Assembly: GCA_963799845.1 (NCBI GenBank)
Contig: CAWCYI010000004.1
Span: forward strand, 2,074,643 to 2,138,642
From: an uncultured Nitrososphaerota archaeon
Lineage (GTDB): Archaea > Thermoproteota > Nitrososphaeria > Nitrososphaerales > CADDZS01
Direction: 5' to 3'
DNA length: 64,000 nucleotides
The position numbers were made by a program, and so were the translations under genes. The notes under the pieces were generated by a model that was not told the origin of the DNA, searched no databases, and worked only from the letters and a program-made list of their open reading frames with translations. Numbering within the stretch: the stretch's first letter is position 1; every line of letters begins with the position of its first letter. This document shows, piece by piece, positions 20,881 to 31,960 of the stretch.

Positions 20881-21411
20881 ATGGGCAAAAGTTTCGAGAA
20901 GAAAGGGAAGGCACTTCTTTTCTCAGTCATCGCCGTCTGTGTGGTGATCCTGATCACGGTTTTTGCGATCTTTGGGGCTGCCTTCGTCTATCATCGTGCG
21001 ACCACTACAACATATCACGGGAGTAACCCCTTCGAGTACTACACCTTCACCGCCTTCTGGACCAAGTCAGGTTCGGGTAGAATCAACGTGATAGGTCCGA
21101 CGAGCTCCATCGCCAGTACGGATGGCAACGCATCAATCGATCTCGTGTACTATTTCCAGACCGCCGCTTTTCCGATCAATTACTACGGAGCTCAGGCTAA
21201 TCTTTTCCAGTGTCCTAGTCAGAACGGCACGGTCGGCTGCGAAGGGGTCCAGGCCACCGTTACCAAATACAACACGACAACGCTGGTAATCCAAAGTCAT
21301 GCCGTTCAACTGAGCCATTCGCCTCAATGGTTCGATCTGAATATCTACAACTATGCTGATGGACTGAACGCGAGTGCAGTAGCATCAATCAATGTCGCGG
21401 TTTCCGAGTAA
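20881..21411 (+). CDS. membrane-anchored secreted protein, tandem paralog of the previous ORF
   Basis: ATG 20881 MGKSFEKKGKALLF, followed by TM. Confidence 0.7.
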   Translation: MGKSFEKKGKALLFSVIAVCVVILITVFAIFGAAFVYHRATTTTYHGSNPFEYYTFTAFWTKSGSGRINVIGPTSSIASTDGNASIDLVYYFQTAAFPINYYGAQANLFQCPSQNGTVGCEGVQATVTKYNTTTLVIQSHAVQLSHSPQWFDLNIYNYADGLNASAVASINVAVSE

Positions 21412-21597
21412 TAGCCTCACCACTATCCGCATCGTGGTCGCGCGCGCGCTACGTGTGATGGCTGCCAAAGCTGCTGGACAGAAAGAGATGTACGCGTGGG
21501 TCTTTTACAAGCGCATGCTGACAATTCTTCGATCTTCAACAGCAACAGCGACCACGGGCATACGTCCGTGTATGAATTGGATTTTTACAATAGATGA
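21412..21597 (+). CDS. unannotated HYP-leader CxxC protein with damaged start (TAATAG in place of TAATG)
   Basis: Open frame 21415-21597 PHHYPHRGRARATCDGC...; stop overlaps the next start as ATGA. Confidence 0.6.
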
Positions 21598-22043
21598 CGA
21601 AGCACTATCCCGAGAGATCGCCACGCAAGAGACTCAAGAAAAATATTCCTCTGAAAGAGGGTCGAGTGGACCGAGGCACGGATCTGGGAGTTATCAACGC
21701 CAGGGATGAACTGTCAGGGGAGAACGTCTCAATTCCGTGGCGCGTTAGAGATGAGCAGCACATACGACCGCTAGAATCTCTTACACCTCTGGAACAGACA
21801 CGTTATCTAGCATTGCCGATTGAAAGGTTCTCCGTGGACGCACCGCAGAGAACTCTCTTTGAATCCGTGCAAAATCCCGAGAACTGGAAATATCCGACGA
21901 GGCCCGCGAAGGTCGCGAGCTTGCCCGAGGCTGAGGCCCTTTCGAGAGCCATTTCATATTTCGCTGGCGGATCGGAAATAACCGATCTTAGTAGTGGGTA
22001 CGTCGTGAGCTCGAAGGGATACTATCACTACGTTGGAAGTTAG
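21594..22043 (+). CDS. virus-type hypothetical protein with HYP leader
   Basis: MTKHYPER; C-terminus PENWKYP...SKGYYHYVG. Confidence 0.75.
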   Translation: MTKHYPERSPRKRLKKNIPLKEGRVDRGTDLGVINARDELSGENVSIPWRVRDEQHIRPLESLTPLEQTRYLALPIERFSVDAPQRTLFESVQNPENWKYPTRPAKVASLPEAEALSRAISYFAGGSEITDLSSGYVVSSKGYYHYVGS

Positions 22044-22494
22044 GAAGTTAGGAAGTTTGCGTAACTCAGAAGCAGAGAAAGCGTGGCTCGCCTGCGCGAT
22101 TGATTCGGAAGGACTGATCTACTTCCGATTAACCCGAAAGGGAAAGGTCGTCATCAATCTGAAAGTTTCAAACACGGTTAGAGAATTCAGCCGAATGGCT
22201 CAGATAATAGCGGAAACGGGTTACTTAGTCTTGAACGAGCAAAAAAACATGAGTCACAAAACGGGGAAGAAATATAGGACAGTCTTTATTTGGCTCGTTG
22301 AGAACCAAAAAGATATTCTTGAAATCCTTCAAGCGATAGAACCTTATCTGATCGTTAAGAAGGAGAAAGCTAGGGCAGTTATTAATCACATTCTAATACG
22401 CCGAGAATTTTCCCCACAGCTTTTGCCAAGCACCGATATTTTCAATCTCTGTCTCGCGGCGTTAAAAGTTCCTCATGGAAAGAAAGGATCTTGA
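22033..22494 (+). CDS. single-motif LAGLIDADG homing endonuclease
   Basis: AWLACAIDSEG; LKVSNT; ILQAIEPYLIVKKEKA. Confidence 0.85.
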   Translation: MEVRKLGSLRNSEAEKAWLACAIDSEGLIYFRLTRKGKVVINLKVSNTVREFSRMAQIIAETGYLVLNEQKNMSHKTGKKYRTVFIWLVENQKDILEILQAIEPYLIVKKEKARAVINHILIRREFSPQLLPSTDIFNLCLAALKVPHGKKGS

Positions 22495-22526
22495 TCGGGG
22501 CGCACTACTACGTCGGGGCATAGTAA

Positions 22527-23117
22527 ATGACAAACCATTATCCTCGGAGAAAGCCGCGCAGAAAGAAGGCTGGACTCGGACCGACGCCCGGATCAGATTC
22601 TCAGAAAAAAGCTACTGAGGATTTGATCCGAGAATTTTCAAACCTGACCGCAGAACAGAAAGAACTGATTCGCAAGATGGGATTCACCGCAGCTAATCTC
22701 GGTGAGCGAAATGAGGAAATACGTTCAGCAGCCGAGGAAACCATTCTGAAACTGCGTGAGGAAATGGCAGCCCAGATCACCAGGTCTGATCTTAGTTGGG
22801 GCAGTAAATCGAGTGTCTGGGATGCTTTCGACAGCCCAGAAGCTCAGCAGCTCAGGCCGCAGATCAACAGGATTGTCCTCGACATTTTGGATCGCGCCCT
22901 CAACTCGATGGAACTATGGATCGACAACACTGATTGGAACAAGTACGGAATCTCTGAATTGCGAAAGGGGATGCAGTTGGAGATCGAGAATAGCGAAGAT
23001 CTTCTCAAAAGTAATCTGCAACTAGAACCCGTGGTGCAGCAGAAATCGGATATGTCGCCCAAAGCCCAAGAATTCCTGAATGAGTTTGAAAATACTCGGG
23101 TCAATCCAGAGACTTGA
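22527..23117 (+). CDS. helical hypothetical protein with HYP leader
   Basis: MTNHYPRRKPRRKK. Confidence 0.75.
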   Translation: MTNHYPRRKPRRKKAGLGPTPGSDSQKKATEDLIREFSNLTAEQKELIRKMGFTAANLGERNEEIRSAAEETILKLREEMAAQITRSDLSWGSKSSVWDAFDSPEAQQLRPQINRIVLDILDRALNSMELWIDNTDWNKYGISELRKGMQLEIENSEDLLKSNLQLEPVVQQKSDMSPKAQEFLNEFENTRVNPET

Positions 23118-23171
23118 TGGCCGCGATTCCCGAGGCAAAAAGAAAACAGCGCGCGCGCTTAATATCATGAT

Positions 23172-23357
23172 TCAGCCGTGCTTTCGTCTCTTTTCTTTTC
23201 GTTTGATTTCTTGAATTAGAGCATTTTCAACAAAACTTGATAGCGTTAGATTTCTTTCCCACTCTGATTTCTGCTTGTTCTCTTTGTTGACTATTTGACG
23301 AATTCTATTACCTAATCTTTTTCGGATTGTAACAACCATCCATCCTTTTTGGGGCAT
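23172..23357 (-). CDS. RHH-like small DNA-binding protein
   Basis: MPQKGWMVVTIR...LSSFVENAL; paralog of 31961. Confidence 0.7.
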   Translation of the reverse strand: MPQKGWMVVTIRKRLGNRIRQIVNKENKQKSEWERNLTLSSFVENALIQEIKRKEKRRKHG

Positions 23358-23403
23358 AATCGTAATTGTCGTGGATGCCGATTTTTCATAAATGACGTGA
23401 GTG

Positions 23404-23758
23404 TCAACCCTTGCGAAGTTTGACGCCGAGATCTTTAGCTCTTTTGATAACGCTTGGATCGGATAGAACGAAACCCACGTGGTCACAGTCTCCCGTTTGA
23501 TCCAACATGCAGTATAGTTTCCCTTGCTTGATCAAGACCTCAGCATCTTTCAACTTGAAATAATCTCTCACGGTTACTTTGTTTTCTATTCGGTCCTTTA
23601 TCTCGAAACGTCCCTCAAGAACATCCTGCTCGATTGCCCTCTCCAGGAGTTTTTGAGCGTAGGCTGTATAGCTCTTAATGTCCTCCATGATCAGGTCTCG
23701 TTTCTTTCTCTCGTAAGCATCCATCAGCTTAACGAAGAGCTTGGTCTTGAGAGTGAGT
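23404..23758 (-). pseudogene. 5'-truncated copy of the 32207 regulator-like gene
   Basis: Identity to the 32-kb copy stops at 23758; the MPTKGYQT start is missing. Confidence 0.65.
23574..23758. repeat. 185-bp perfect direct repeat (other copy at 32395..32579)
   Basis: Base-by-base comparison by eye. Confidence 0.9.
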
Positions 23759-23858
23759 TACATGATAAGCATGCATTAATGCGCTATACCAACTGCTTCT
23801 TGCTTAAATTTTGAGGATCTTTGGAACTGCAGGAAAAAGTGGTTCTCTTGCTTCTGAA

Positions 23859-24527
23859 CTACGATTGGTTATTGCTCGAGACCCAAACTATCTGATTTGC
23901 CAACATTCCATTTGCCTCCGTATTGCTAATTGCTAGACATGAGAACCCTGCTGAGGGATAAGCAGTTGCGTTCCCCACTGCTATTTCCATCACCTCTTGA
24001 CATTGAATCATTCCTGGGAACGAGAACCCTTGGAGCTGGAGAAAGTAAATGCCGGGTTTGGTCGAATTAGTTGGAGATATTGAGTAAAGAACATAATTTC
24101 CAAGCGTAGTCACGATGCCAAAATCTGAAACTAGACCAAGCAGCGATGTGAAAGTTGAAACGCCAATCTCATCCGATGAGACTGAAAAATTAGAGCTTGC
24201 TTTGATAAGTCGACTTCCATTTGTTCCGGGAACATTGTAGTAAGTTAGAATAGTGAGAGCTCCCTTAGGGTCAAAAGTGGAAAATTTCGGATAACCGTAG
24301 TAAAAGAATCTGGCACATATGTTAAGCGAAGTCCCTTCGTAAATGTGTTCTGTTGGGACAGCACTAAGAGAGTTTTGAGTATCGGGCGAACATTTCGAGG
24401 GAACGTAATTGGCTGAAACCACCATAATTGAAGCTCCCGATAAGACTAGGACTAAAGTGAGTACGGCAAGTCCTGACCGAGTTTGTATACGAGGCTTCAA
24501 TTTGAATCGTTTGACCGTTTTTATCAC
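23859..24527 (-). CDS. secreted protein (family A)
   Basis: Paralog of 661..1314. Confidence 0.8.
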   Translation of the reverse strand: MIKTVKRFKLKPRIQTRSGLAVLTLVLVLSGASIMVVSANYVPSKCSPDTQNSLSAVPTEHIYEGTSLNICARFFYYGYPKFSTFDPKGALTILTYYNVPGTNGSRLIKASSNFSVSSDEIGVSTFTSLLGLVSDFGIVTTLGNYVLYSISPTNSTKPGIYFLQLQGFSFPGMIQCQEVMEIAVGNATAYPSAGFSCLAISNTEANGMLANQIVWVSSNNQS

Positions 24528-24869
24528 AATCGTACTATCATTCAGTTATTTAAGCGATGTATTCTGAAAGCGCTACAAACGATCCCAGCAGATTTCTGAG
24601 AAGGCAAAATAAAAATGGTATTGGGAATCACTAGTCAGTAGGATTCGTCATGCTCGATATGAACTTCGATGCAGCATCGTTAATTTCATCTGGTCAAACA
24701 TACACTATAGCGGGTAACTGGTCGAGCGGATTCTCTCGGGCTCCTGGAGATAGCCTTAGGCGTGAAGCGCTCTCCTCAGAGAATGGGAGTCATGGATGAA
24801 CTCGCCCTCGAACATCGAGTATCCAGCCTTGTCAAGAAGTAGACAACGATTAGTTTGGAAGGATGGTAG

Positions 24870-25097
24870 TTATTGGCTCTCTTCTTTGGATGCGTGAAAG
24901 ACTTTGATAAGTTCCGACACAGTCTCGGAGAAGCTTACGTTCCGACGCCTTTCAGTTATCAATAGTCCCTTTATTCCAATCAGTTCACGATATGCTTCCA
25001 TTTCCAACCTTACAGGGATCACATAGTTCGTTCCTGAATTTTCGGTGGCATCTTTTGTTGATCGTGCCTGGGCAGGCGCATTTGTCTTTTTTGGCAT
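24870..25097 (-). CDS. small RHH/antitoxin-like DNA-binding protein
   Basis: IPVRLEMEAYREL...SFSETVSELI. Confidence 0.6.
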   Translation of the reverse strand: MPKKTNAPAQARSTKDATENSGTNYVIPVRLEMEAYRELIGIKGLLITERRRNVSFSETVSELIKVFHASKEESQ

Positions 25098-25844
25098 TAA
25101 AGTAACTTACATGCGCCCTTGAAGCAAACGCTCATTTAATAATTATTAGATATGTTAGGAAAATGATATGCAAAAGTTGCGAATTTTGCCAAATTAGGGC
25201 AAAATTATCGCTAATGCCTTTTCAAAAATCACTTTTTCAACTCATTGTTCGCTGGCTGGGTTGATACTTGTGTAAGAGTCGTAGACGTGGTCAGCACTTG
25301 AGTTACAGTTTTTGAAGCGGAGTGTTCGTAACCTGTGGAAATTCCGAGAGCCAGCCCGATAATTGCGATTGCAGCGATGAATGCAATAACCTGTCTTGTC
25401 TGAACCAAGAACTATCATCCAGAATGCAAGAGGATCTCATCAAGTTGTATTTGTTCCATTCGGGACGAAGCAGCAAGCGTATCCTAATCACGACTGGGAC
25501 CGAATTCGACCACGCGCTTGGATATTTTCTAAAGGGCGATTATCAGGAGAAAAAGGGCATAGACTGCCTCTGCCACGACGGCGACGCTGATGATCTTCCC
25601 GTTCTTCCCAGTGGTTTGCTCATGCGAATTTTCTTAAGCCAGATATAAAGTCAGAGTTTTTCGCCAAAAAGTAAGTCTAATGATTAATGCTATCGCTTGG
25701 CTTTGCAGTACCAGCCTTTGTCGATAATGAGGGTTAGGTATATGAAGAAAAATCAGCTCCCAATGGACTGCGCAATGAATACAATCACGATTACTGCGGC
25801 AGCTAGGATGGATACGAAAACAATGTCCCGCAATATCGTTTTCC

Positions 25845-26063
25845 TCATTTCTCTAATTCCCTGTTCCACTCACGGAACATTTCGATGGGGACGCTCCTCG
25901 ACATTTCCAGAATCACTTCATCGCTGAGTTTGCCCACGAGCCTGCCGCAATATACGCAGCGGTTCTTGTTTTCTCCGATCTCCTCTGTGGTGAGAGGGGT
26001 TCTGCAGTAAGGGCAGTGGAGAGCGCCATGAATCAGCACGGGACTTTCTTGCTCTGTTGTCAC
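25845..26063 (-). CDS. Zn-ribbon protein
   Basis: CPYC...CVYC. Confidence 0.65.
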   Translation of the reverse strand: MTTEQESPVLIHGALHCPYCRTPLTTEEIGENKNRCVYCGRLVGKLSDEVILEMSRSVPIEMFREWNRELEK

Positions 26064-26802
26064 ACTGCATCGCCGTCGTCAGTTTTACTTGCCGCCCGTA
26101 AAGCCTGCTCTTTGTAAGAGTCCAACAATGCTGTGAGATTGAGTTCTTTCGCTCGCTGCTGCAAATACGGCCAGTCGAGAGAAGAGTAATTGTGGAACAT
26201 CACCATGAACATATCTTGATAGTCCAGAGAGTCTCGTCTCGCCGTGAGTTTCATCAGGATGAAATCTTCGGGGGAAACGATTGAAGTCATAGTGTGATAG
26301 GTGTCGCCCAAATCCATCTTCTTTGCTCTCGTAAAAGCGCTCCTTTGCAACCCATAGACCTGATTTTCGCTCACGAGCAATATGTCAACTGTGACCCCCG
26401 TTTCTCTATCCTTCAACTTGACGAGATTGATCTTATCAAGATCCGACGGCGATTCGAGTAATGGGTCGCCTTTGTCCACCTGCCGATCTGGATAGGTTAT
26501 GGAATACCGGGGGTCTTTGATGATTGAATATAGGGCATCTTTGCTTTTCTCGCCTGTCAGTGCAACGGCAAAGTCCACGTCATTTGAATATCCCCCCTGC
26601 CAAAGAATGCGTTGGCGACCGCACCAACTACCATGAAGTCGATCTTTTCGGGTAAAACGCGATGGACGAGCTCGTTCTGAAAATGACGCAATGAGGTCTT
26701 TACAGGTTCAGAAATAATATCCGAGTTTCTCGATGGCGAGGGCGAATCGGAACTCGAAAAGCTGTGACCCTCATTCTCTCGACCTGACTCCATTTCTCTC
26801 AA
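26060..26802 (-). CDS. nucleotidyltransferase (DUF6036/AbiEii-like), frameshift at G-run ~26592-26597
   Basis: MVVGAVA..FFG.. | ..SNDVDF; VDIL; SPEDFILMKL..RR...D. Confidence 0.75.
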
Positions 26803-27050
26803 CCCTTCGCTATATTCTCTGTCGGCTGCTTTTCTGTCGATGATGTTGGTTTCATTCGCAGTGAAATCAGAGCTATGGCAGCACCAACTATGAGCAAGAA
26901 GATTCCCAAGTATAACTTTTCATAAATTGCGGTGTAAGAGCAACCGTTGATAAGACTGCCAGGGCATATTGGGCTATACAATGCATCCAATACCAAAATT
27001 ACTCCGACAACGGTAGGAGCAGTGCCTGCCAATGCTAAATTCCTTCGCAA
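26799..27050 (-). CDS. two-TM protein with Cys loop
   Basis: TM-ICPGSLINGC-TM. Confidence 0.6.
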   Translation of the reverse strand: MRRNLALAGTAPTVVGVILVLDALYSPICPGSLINGCSYTAIYEKLYLGIFLLIVGAAIALISLRMKPTSSTEKQPTENIAKG

Positions 27051-27098
27051 AAGACGTCTCCCCTTTTATCTCTCCTTACTGCTACTGCCCATACACGA

Positions 27099-27428
27099 TC
27101 ATTTGTACCATGATTTCTTTTCTTCTTCGTAGGATTTCATTAGAACTTTCTGAGCGACATATTTAGGATGCTCATAAACAAACACTCGTGGCGCCACATG
27201 GTTGTTCTCTCTTTCGGCGATGAACTCTAAGTAACCCAACGCATCGCCACCGAGCCCAGAACCGATTCTGAAATCTCTGACGTTACCGAGATTCGCCTCA
27301 ACGATCGGTCGAATCTCGATCTCGAAAATCTTGAGGATCTCAGAATCAGAAAGATGAAGGAAGGCGAATAATGAAATAACTAACAAAAAGAATCTGAGTA
27401 TCTTAACAAAAGACAAAGAATATATCAT
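27099..27428 (-). CDS. hypothetical protein, possibly 5'-truncated
   Basis: C-terminal 80 aa look globular; N-terminus is AT-rich and atypical. Confidence 0.4.
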   Translation of the reverse strand: MIYSLSFVKILRFFLLVISLFAFLHLSDSEILKIFEIEIRPIVEANLGNVRDFRIGSGLGGDALGYLEFIAERENNHVAPRVFVYEHPKYVAQKVLMKSYEEEKKSWYK

Positions 27429-27451
27429 GGCTTGAGTACCACCCCCGCGCT

Positions 27452-28839
27452 ATGAAATCCAGAATAAACTCGATGATTATACTCACTTTGTTGGTTTTCA
27501 GCTCGCTCGTAGTCGTTGTAGTTCCATTCAACATTGCTCAGATTTCAGCCGAGGGCAACATTTCCAACCAACTACCGGGCGCTCCTATCATCTCTGATGC
27601 CACCAACTATCAGAATGCAGCCCATCCTGCTACTGATGTCGAGTTTTACATCAACGGTTTACCAAACGTTGGAACCGTGCAAGTCAGCCTTCCGCCAGGC
27701 GAGCATTCATACTTTGAAGTCACTGCTGTATTGTTAACGTCCGTAGAGATGTCAACGCAGATAAATGTCTCATTTTCATTTTTCCCGTTTCCTCTTTCCG
27801 CTTCACTACCCAATTGGCTTGTGCTTCCTTCAACTTTGCCATCAATTTATCTCAGTGCCTCCTCAAATGCTAATTCTAGTGCGAAGATTCCTATTGAAGT
27901 TTCGAACTCGACAACTAATGGTGAAAGTACTCTGCTTGCTCTAGATTCTACGTACCTAGATCCATCGACTCAACGCTCAATAACTGATGTGTCAATTTTG
28001 CAGATTGTTGCCAACTCATCCTCATCTAGTGTTCCACAATTCTCAGGAACTGACCTTAGCAGCCCTTTGACTGCACCTCCCCCTTCTAGTTCGTGGGCAC
28101 TAGGAACCGGATTATGTGACATGACACTTCAAAGACGAGTCCTTGTAGCGGTTATGGGATTTCGTGGAGCAGTGTAACTGCTATCAAAACTTCATTCACT
28201 TTGCCGACCATTAGGACCTCCGCTGACACCTATATCGACCTCACTGGTTTCATAGGTAGCGGTTATACTCTTCAGCTTGTTTATCATGAATACAACCTCA
28301 ATATCCTGTGGTATCTGGAACTGTGGGTGCTAACACCTACTGGAGGAAGCTGTCATTATAGCCCCTATAGTCTAAGAGGGGGTTCGCCTGATACATTGGA
28401 GATTTTTTACAATGCTGTTCAGAAGGTTTGGTACGCTTACGATGGCGACACAGGTAGAAACTACGCCTATAGTAGTTATTGTAGCAGTGTCCCCACTTCA
28501 TCAGGTTTTACGAGCGAGAATCAGGAGCCCTTTGCGTTTGAATCGTACGATTCAACTGCCTCAGATTTCAGCAGCGTTTACATGAATGTGAATCCTGCTT
28601 GGTCTTACGCTACTACTGGCTCATTTCAGACGCCTGCACATGATTGGGCAATAAACTCAGCGTCCGCAGGTAGTTGGGGCTACTTTGTCGGTGGTGGGGG
28701 CGCTGTACCCAGTGGTTTTGTAATAGCAGGGAATGCGATTTGCTCCTCACTAAGCGTCGGCCAGATATATATCGGATCGAATACTCAAGGAATATTGAAG
28801 AGCTGTGGTACGCAAACGTATGATGTAAAACTATGGTGA
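27452..28839 (+). CDS. secreted protein, frameshift ~28120-28175
   Basis: Signal peptide in the first ORF; second ORF continues the same Ser/Tyr/Cys composition. Confidence 0.65.
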
Positions 28840-28922
28840 GAATTCAGAAAACAATCGAATTTCCCTCGGGATCGAATTCATAAAGTAAATAACTTCGGCT
28901 ATGCTAACTGTACCGATTCAAA

Positions 28923-29306
28923 ATGACTGTTGCACCTATATACTTGGTTACAACCAGCTGTGCTTTGGTTGCAGTTGTGGTGATAGCCATTTTCTTTACT
29001 AATCCTTACCTACTTGGTCTGAGCTCAAACACTCAGACCGTTGAATCTTTTCAAGTCATTGCGACGAACGTTGATCTTTACGGGCACACGGCGTCCATTC
29101 CATCATGCGCCATGCGAGTTCCTTGTGTAACATACACGAATATTCCAACCGTTGCCGAATTGTTGAGATATAACGGTACTTACTATTACGAGTCGAAGTA
29201 TAACCTATCTACACAGGGTTCAACCGCAACTTACACAATTTGGTATAACAACTCAACTTATTTTTGCATAAGCCCAAAGGTTTCTTGGGCAATGACTTGC
29301 CCCTAG
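28923..29306 (+). CDS. small secreted Cys-containing protein
   Basis: N-terminal TM; four Cys. Confidence 0.7.
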   Translation: MTVAPIYLVTTSCALVAVVVIAIFFTNPYLLGLSSNTQTVESFQVIATNVDLYGHTASIPSCAMRVPCVTYTNIPTVAELLRYNGTYYYESKYNLSTQGSTATYTIWYNNSTYFCISPKVSWAMTCP

Positions 29307-29489
29307 TTTGAACTGGGGCAACTTCTAATTTTCTCAAGTGGAAACGGCCTTATTTTCTGCTTTAACATTTCACCCCCTACCCAATAATGCGTGCCGTGCT
29401 CCTTCCACCAGCTCTCGGCTTCTTCGGCAGAGTGGCACCGTCGGATGTGCATGGTCTCCTTCGTCGCTGCGTCTACCAGGAACATCTTT

Positions 29490-29779
29490 TGGTTTTGCAG
29501 GAGTCCCTCACCTCCGAAGAAAAGACGAAACTGGCAGCTGAGGGCTACTACAAAGACGTAAGCGAACAGCCTAGTATTATTTCAATGACAACAATGACGG
29601 CCAGTATGGCAGTGAACAAACTTCTGAACCTCTTGGGCGTATTCGGCCCTGATTACGCCTCAAGGACTCAGATCGAGCTCAAAGATGGCTTTATGATTGA
29701 AGACAATCAGCAACTTAGAGCTGATTGCGTGTGCCTAAAACGCCGAGGTATTGCGGGGCAAAGGAAAATCTATAATTGA
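29490..29779 (+). pseudogene. C-terminal fragment of a ThiF/E1-like adenylyltransferase
   Basis: EGY....PSIIS.TT..AS.AVN.LL...CVC..RG; the ATP-binding N-terminal half is absent. Confidence 0.55.
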
Positions 29780-29920
29780 TTTGGGCGGTACCGTCCTCTA
29801 GTTTTTTGTCGTAGTTTTTGTACAGGTTACACGATTTAGTGCCTGATCACGAAGCGATCGCTGATGACTCCGATGGAAGGCAGGAAGCTTAACAAGTCTG
29901 CATGGAGTTTTTGATTCAAA

Positions 29921-30202
29921 ATGAGACGTGGTATTCTTCTTTCTGGATTGCTCATCGTGGCTGGGTTTGTAATTATCATCGCTTCCGCCTACAATTCGTG
30001 TCCAACAACTTCCCCGCAATGTAGCGGTCCAGTCCCGAGCAATCCATTCTTTAATTCGGCTTGCGCTGGCTGTCTCTCATTCTACGAACCATATTTTCTA
30101 ATTGCGATTTTGATTGTCATTTTTGGAATAATCATAGGCATTATCGGACTTTGGAAAAGAAACGACGATTCCACAATCATTGCAAAAAAAGGGAAGCTTT
30201 AG
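29921..30202 (+). CDS. two-TM protein with four-Cys loop
   Basis: TM-SCPTTSPQC...CAGC-TM. Confidence 0.65.
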   Translation: MRRGILLSGLLIVAGFVIIIASAYNSCPTTSPQCSGPVPSNPFFNSACAGCLSFYEPYFLIAILIVIFGIIIGIIGLWKRNDDSTIIAKKGKL

Positions 30203-30784
30203 TCACGCGTTTGAATGCACTGACATTCCTCCTCATCTTGAGGCCGATTAACTTCAGCTTTTCAACCAAAAACAACAGAGGGGCAAATGTTTGTTGTAGC
30301 CGAAGTTTGCGTGTTTGTTCAAACTTGTAATTACAGGTGACCCATTTGGAGTGGCCGTGACTCTTGTAACTGGTTTGTCGGACAAATTCAAATGTTGTCA
30401 CAGCGATGATAAAATCCTATGTGAGTTTCGGTCCCCCTAATAGTTAATCCCGTTCAATAAGTGCAGTTCGCCTTCACATAAATTGTGTACTTAGTAATCA
30501 CATCAGACATAATGATCTGGCTGAATATCTGAACAGGCTCATTATCTCTCGAAATATGAATATATGCAGTAGTTGTGGTCGAAACTGAGAGCCGCGATAA
30601 GGCGTCGCCGTCGATAACGAAAGCCCCCCGATCTAAAAACTCACCACACTAACTGCGAATAACAGCGGTACAATTGAAATAACCACAAACGTTCTTGCCA
30701 TGTTTTATCACTTTAATTTGCCAAGTCAAACGGGCTATGGAATACAGACTAGGTTGAGCCTGTCCTTTCGGACAGTTTAGGGTC

Positions 30785-31438
30785 TCAAGGTTGCTCTGTA
30801 TTCATGACGAATTCTCCCTGAATACCGGTAACACTGTAACTTGCACTTGCAGAGAAGTCATTTATACTGAACCCATTCGACGCAACAAAATTATTATTGC
30901 TTGAAATTAGAGCAGAGAAAGTTTGACCTGGTTTCATAACGAAAGATTGCGTCGAAGCTAAATTCCCACAATCGATCGTCGCTGTCGTTGAAATGAAAGT
31001 TGTTACTCCATTTGACACTTGGGTAATAGTATCTGGTTGAGTGGTATTCGTTGTGCAACCTACGACGTACGAAGCAAATACTGTGTTAGGATTAGTATCG
31101 TTCTGCCCCCAGATATTCAGCTGGGAGAGTGCCACTTCTTGACTTCCTATGTTAGTGACTTTTACCAATATCACCAAAGTCCCATTCGGAAACGCGTCCC
31201 GATACAAGGCCAAAGAGAAATGGTTCGAGTCATAAACCGAAGCCGCGTTACTAGATGAACTAGGAGGCGTTGGACTCAAACCTATTCCCTTCGTGACACT
31301 GGCGATCAGTTTCAGAGACGTATTCACTGCGATAGGAAAGCTTTGCGACTCGAGCACGGATGCCATCGGATTTAGAGAGCCCTGAGGACCCCCTGTAAAA
31401 AAATCTCGTGTCCCTATCGGTGTGGTCGGATGGTACAT
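30785..31438 (-). CDS. Ser/Thr-rich extracellular-type protein lacking a signal peptide (probably truncated)
   Basis: Composition; VKVTNIG. Confidence 0.5.
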   Translation of the reverse strand: MYHPTTPIGTRDFFTGGPQGSLNPMASVLESQSFPIAVNTSLKLIASVTKGIGLSPTPPSSSSNAASVYDSNHFSLALYRDAFPNGTLVILVKVTNIGSQEVALSQLNIWGQNDTNPNTVFASYVVGCTTNTTQPDTITQVSNGVTTFISTTATIDCGNLASTQSFVMKPGQTFSALISSNNNFVASNGFSINDFSASASYSVTGIQGEFVMNTEQP

Positions 31439-31772
31439 TCCGACCGATGCACTAGCACGAGCAAGTCACGTTCCAACAGAAGCGCTTGAGAAAGCTGGTT
31501 CGAGGGACGGTTATCATGTGTTGGGAGATTATGTATTCGACGATAACACTCTAATCTGGATAAAGAATCGCATCAATCACATGCATCCGAAGCCACTGAA
31601 ACTCTACGACATCGCAGAAAATATTTGTTATGATCCCCGAACAACTTTTGAGATTTTGGAACAACTGGATGGGATTATGATTGGAGAGTTTCCGAATGCG
31701 TCTCTAGTTCGTTTCTTGACTCTCGCCGAGAGAAAAAAAGGAAAAACTAGAGCTCGAAAGAAAAGCCCCTAG
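31422..31772 (+). CDS. hypothetical protein
   Basis: 116-aa ORF. Confidence 0.45.
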   Translation: MVGWYIPTDALARASHVPTEALEKAGSRDGYHVLGDYVFDDNTLIWIKNRINHMHPKPLKLYDIAENICYDPRTTFEILEQLDGIMIGEFPNASLVRFLTLAERKKGKTRARKKSP

Positions 31773-31960
31773 CCTAGACAATGGAAATAGTTGAAAGTAC
31801 AAAATATTTTATGAACTGAACCAGATACAGGTCTCTCAACACCTGGCATAGGCGTTGAGAATAGACAAATTTGCACCAATTCAGCCTCTTTCACAAATTT
31901 GAAACATTAAGGGTTATTTTCAGATTACCGGGATTTCCGAGAAACTTTTAGGATCCCTGT

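Noticed and set aside
29387-29779. Ubiquitin-like or CBASS-type E1 system
   Set aside because: Only a C-terminal ThiF fragment; no E2, JAB, Ubl or cyclase nearby.
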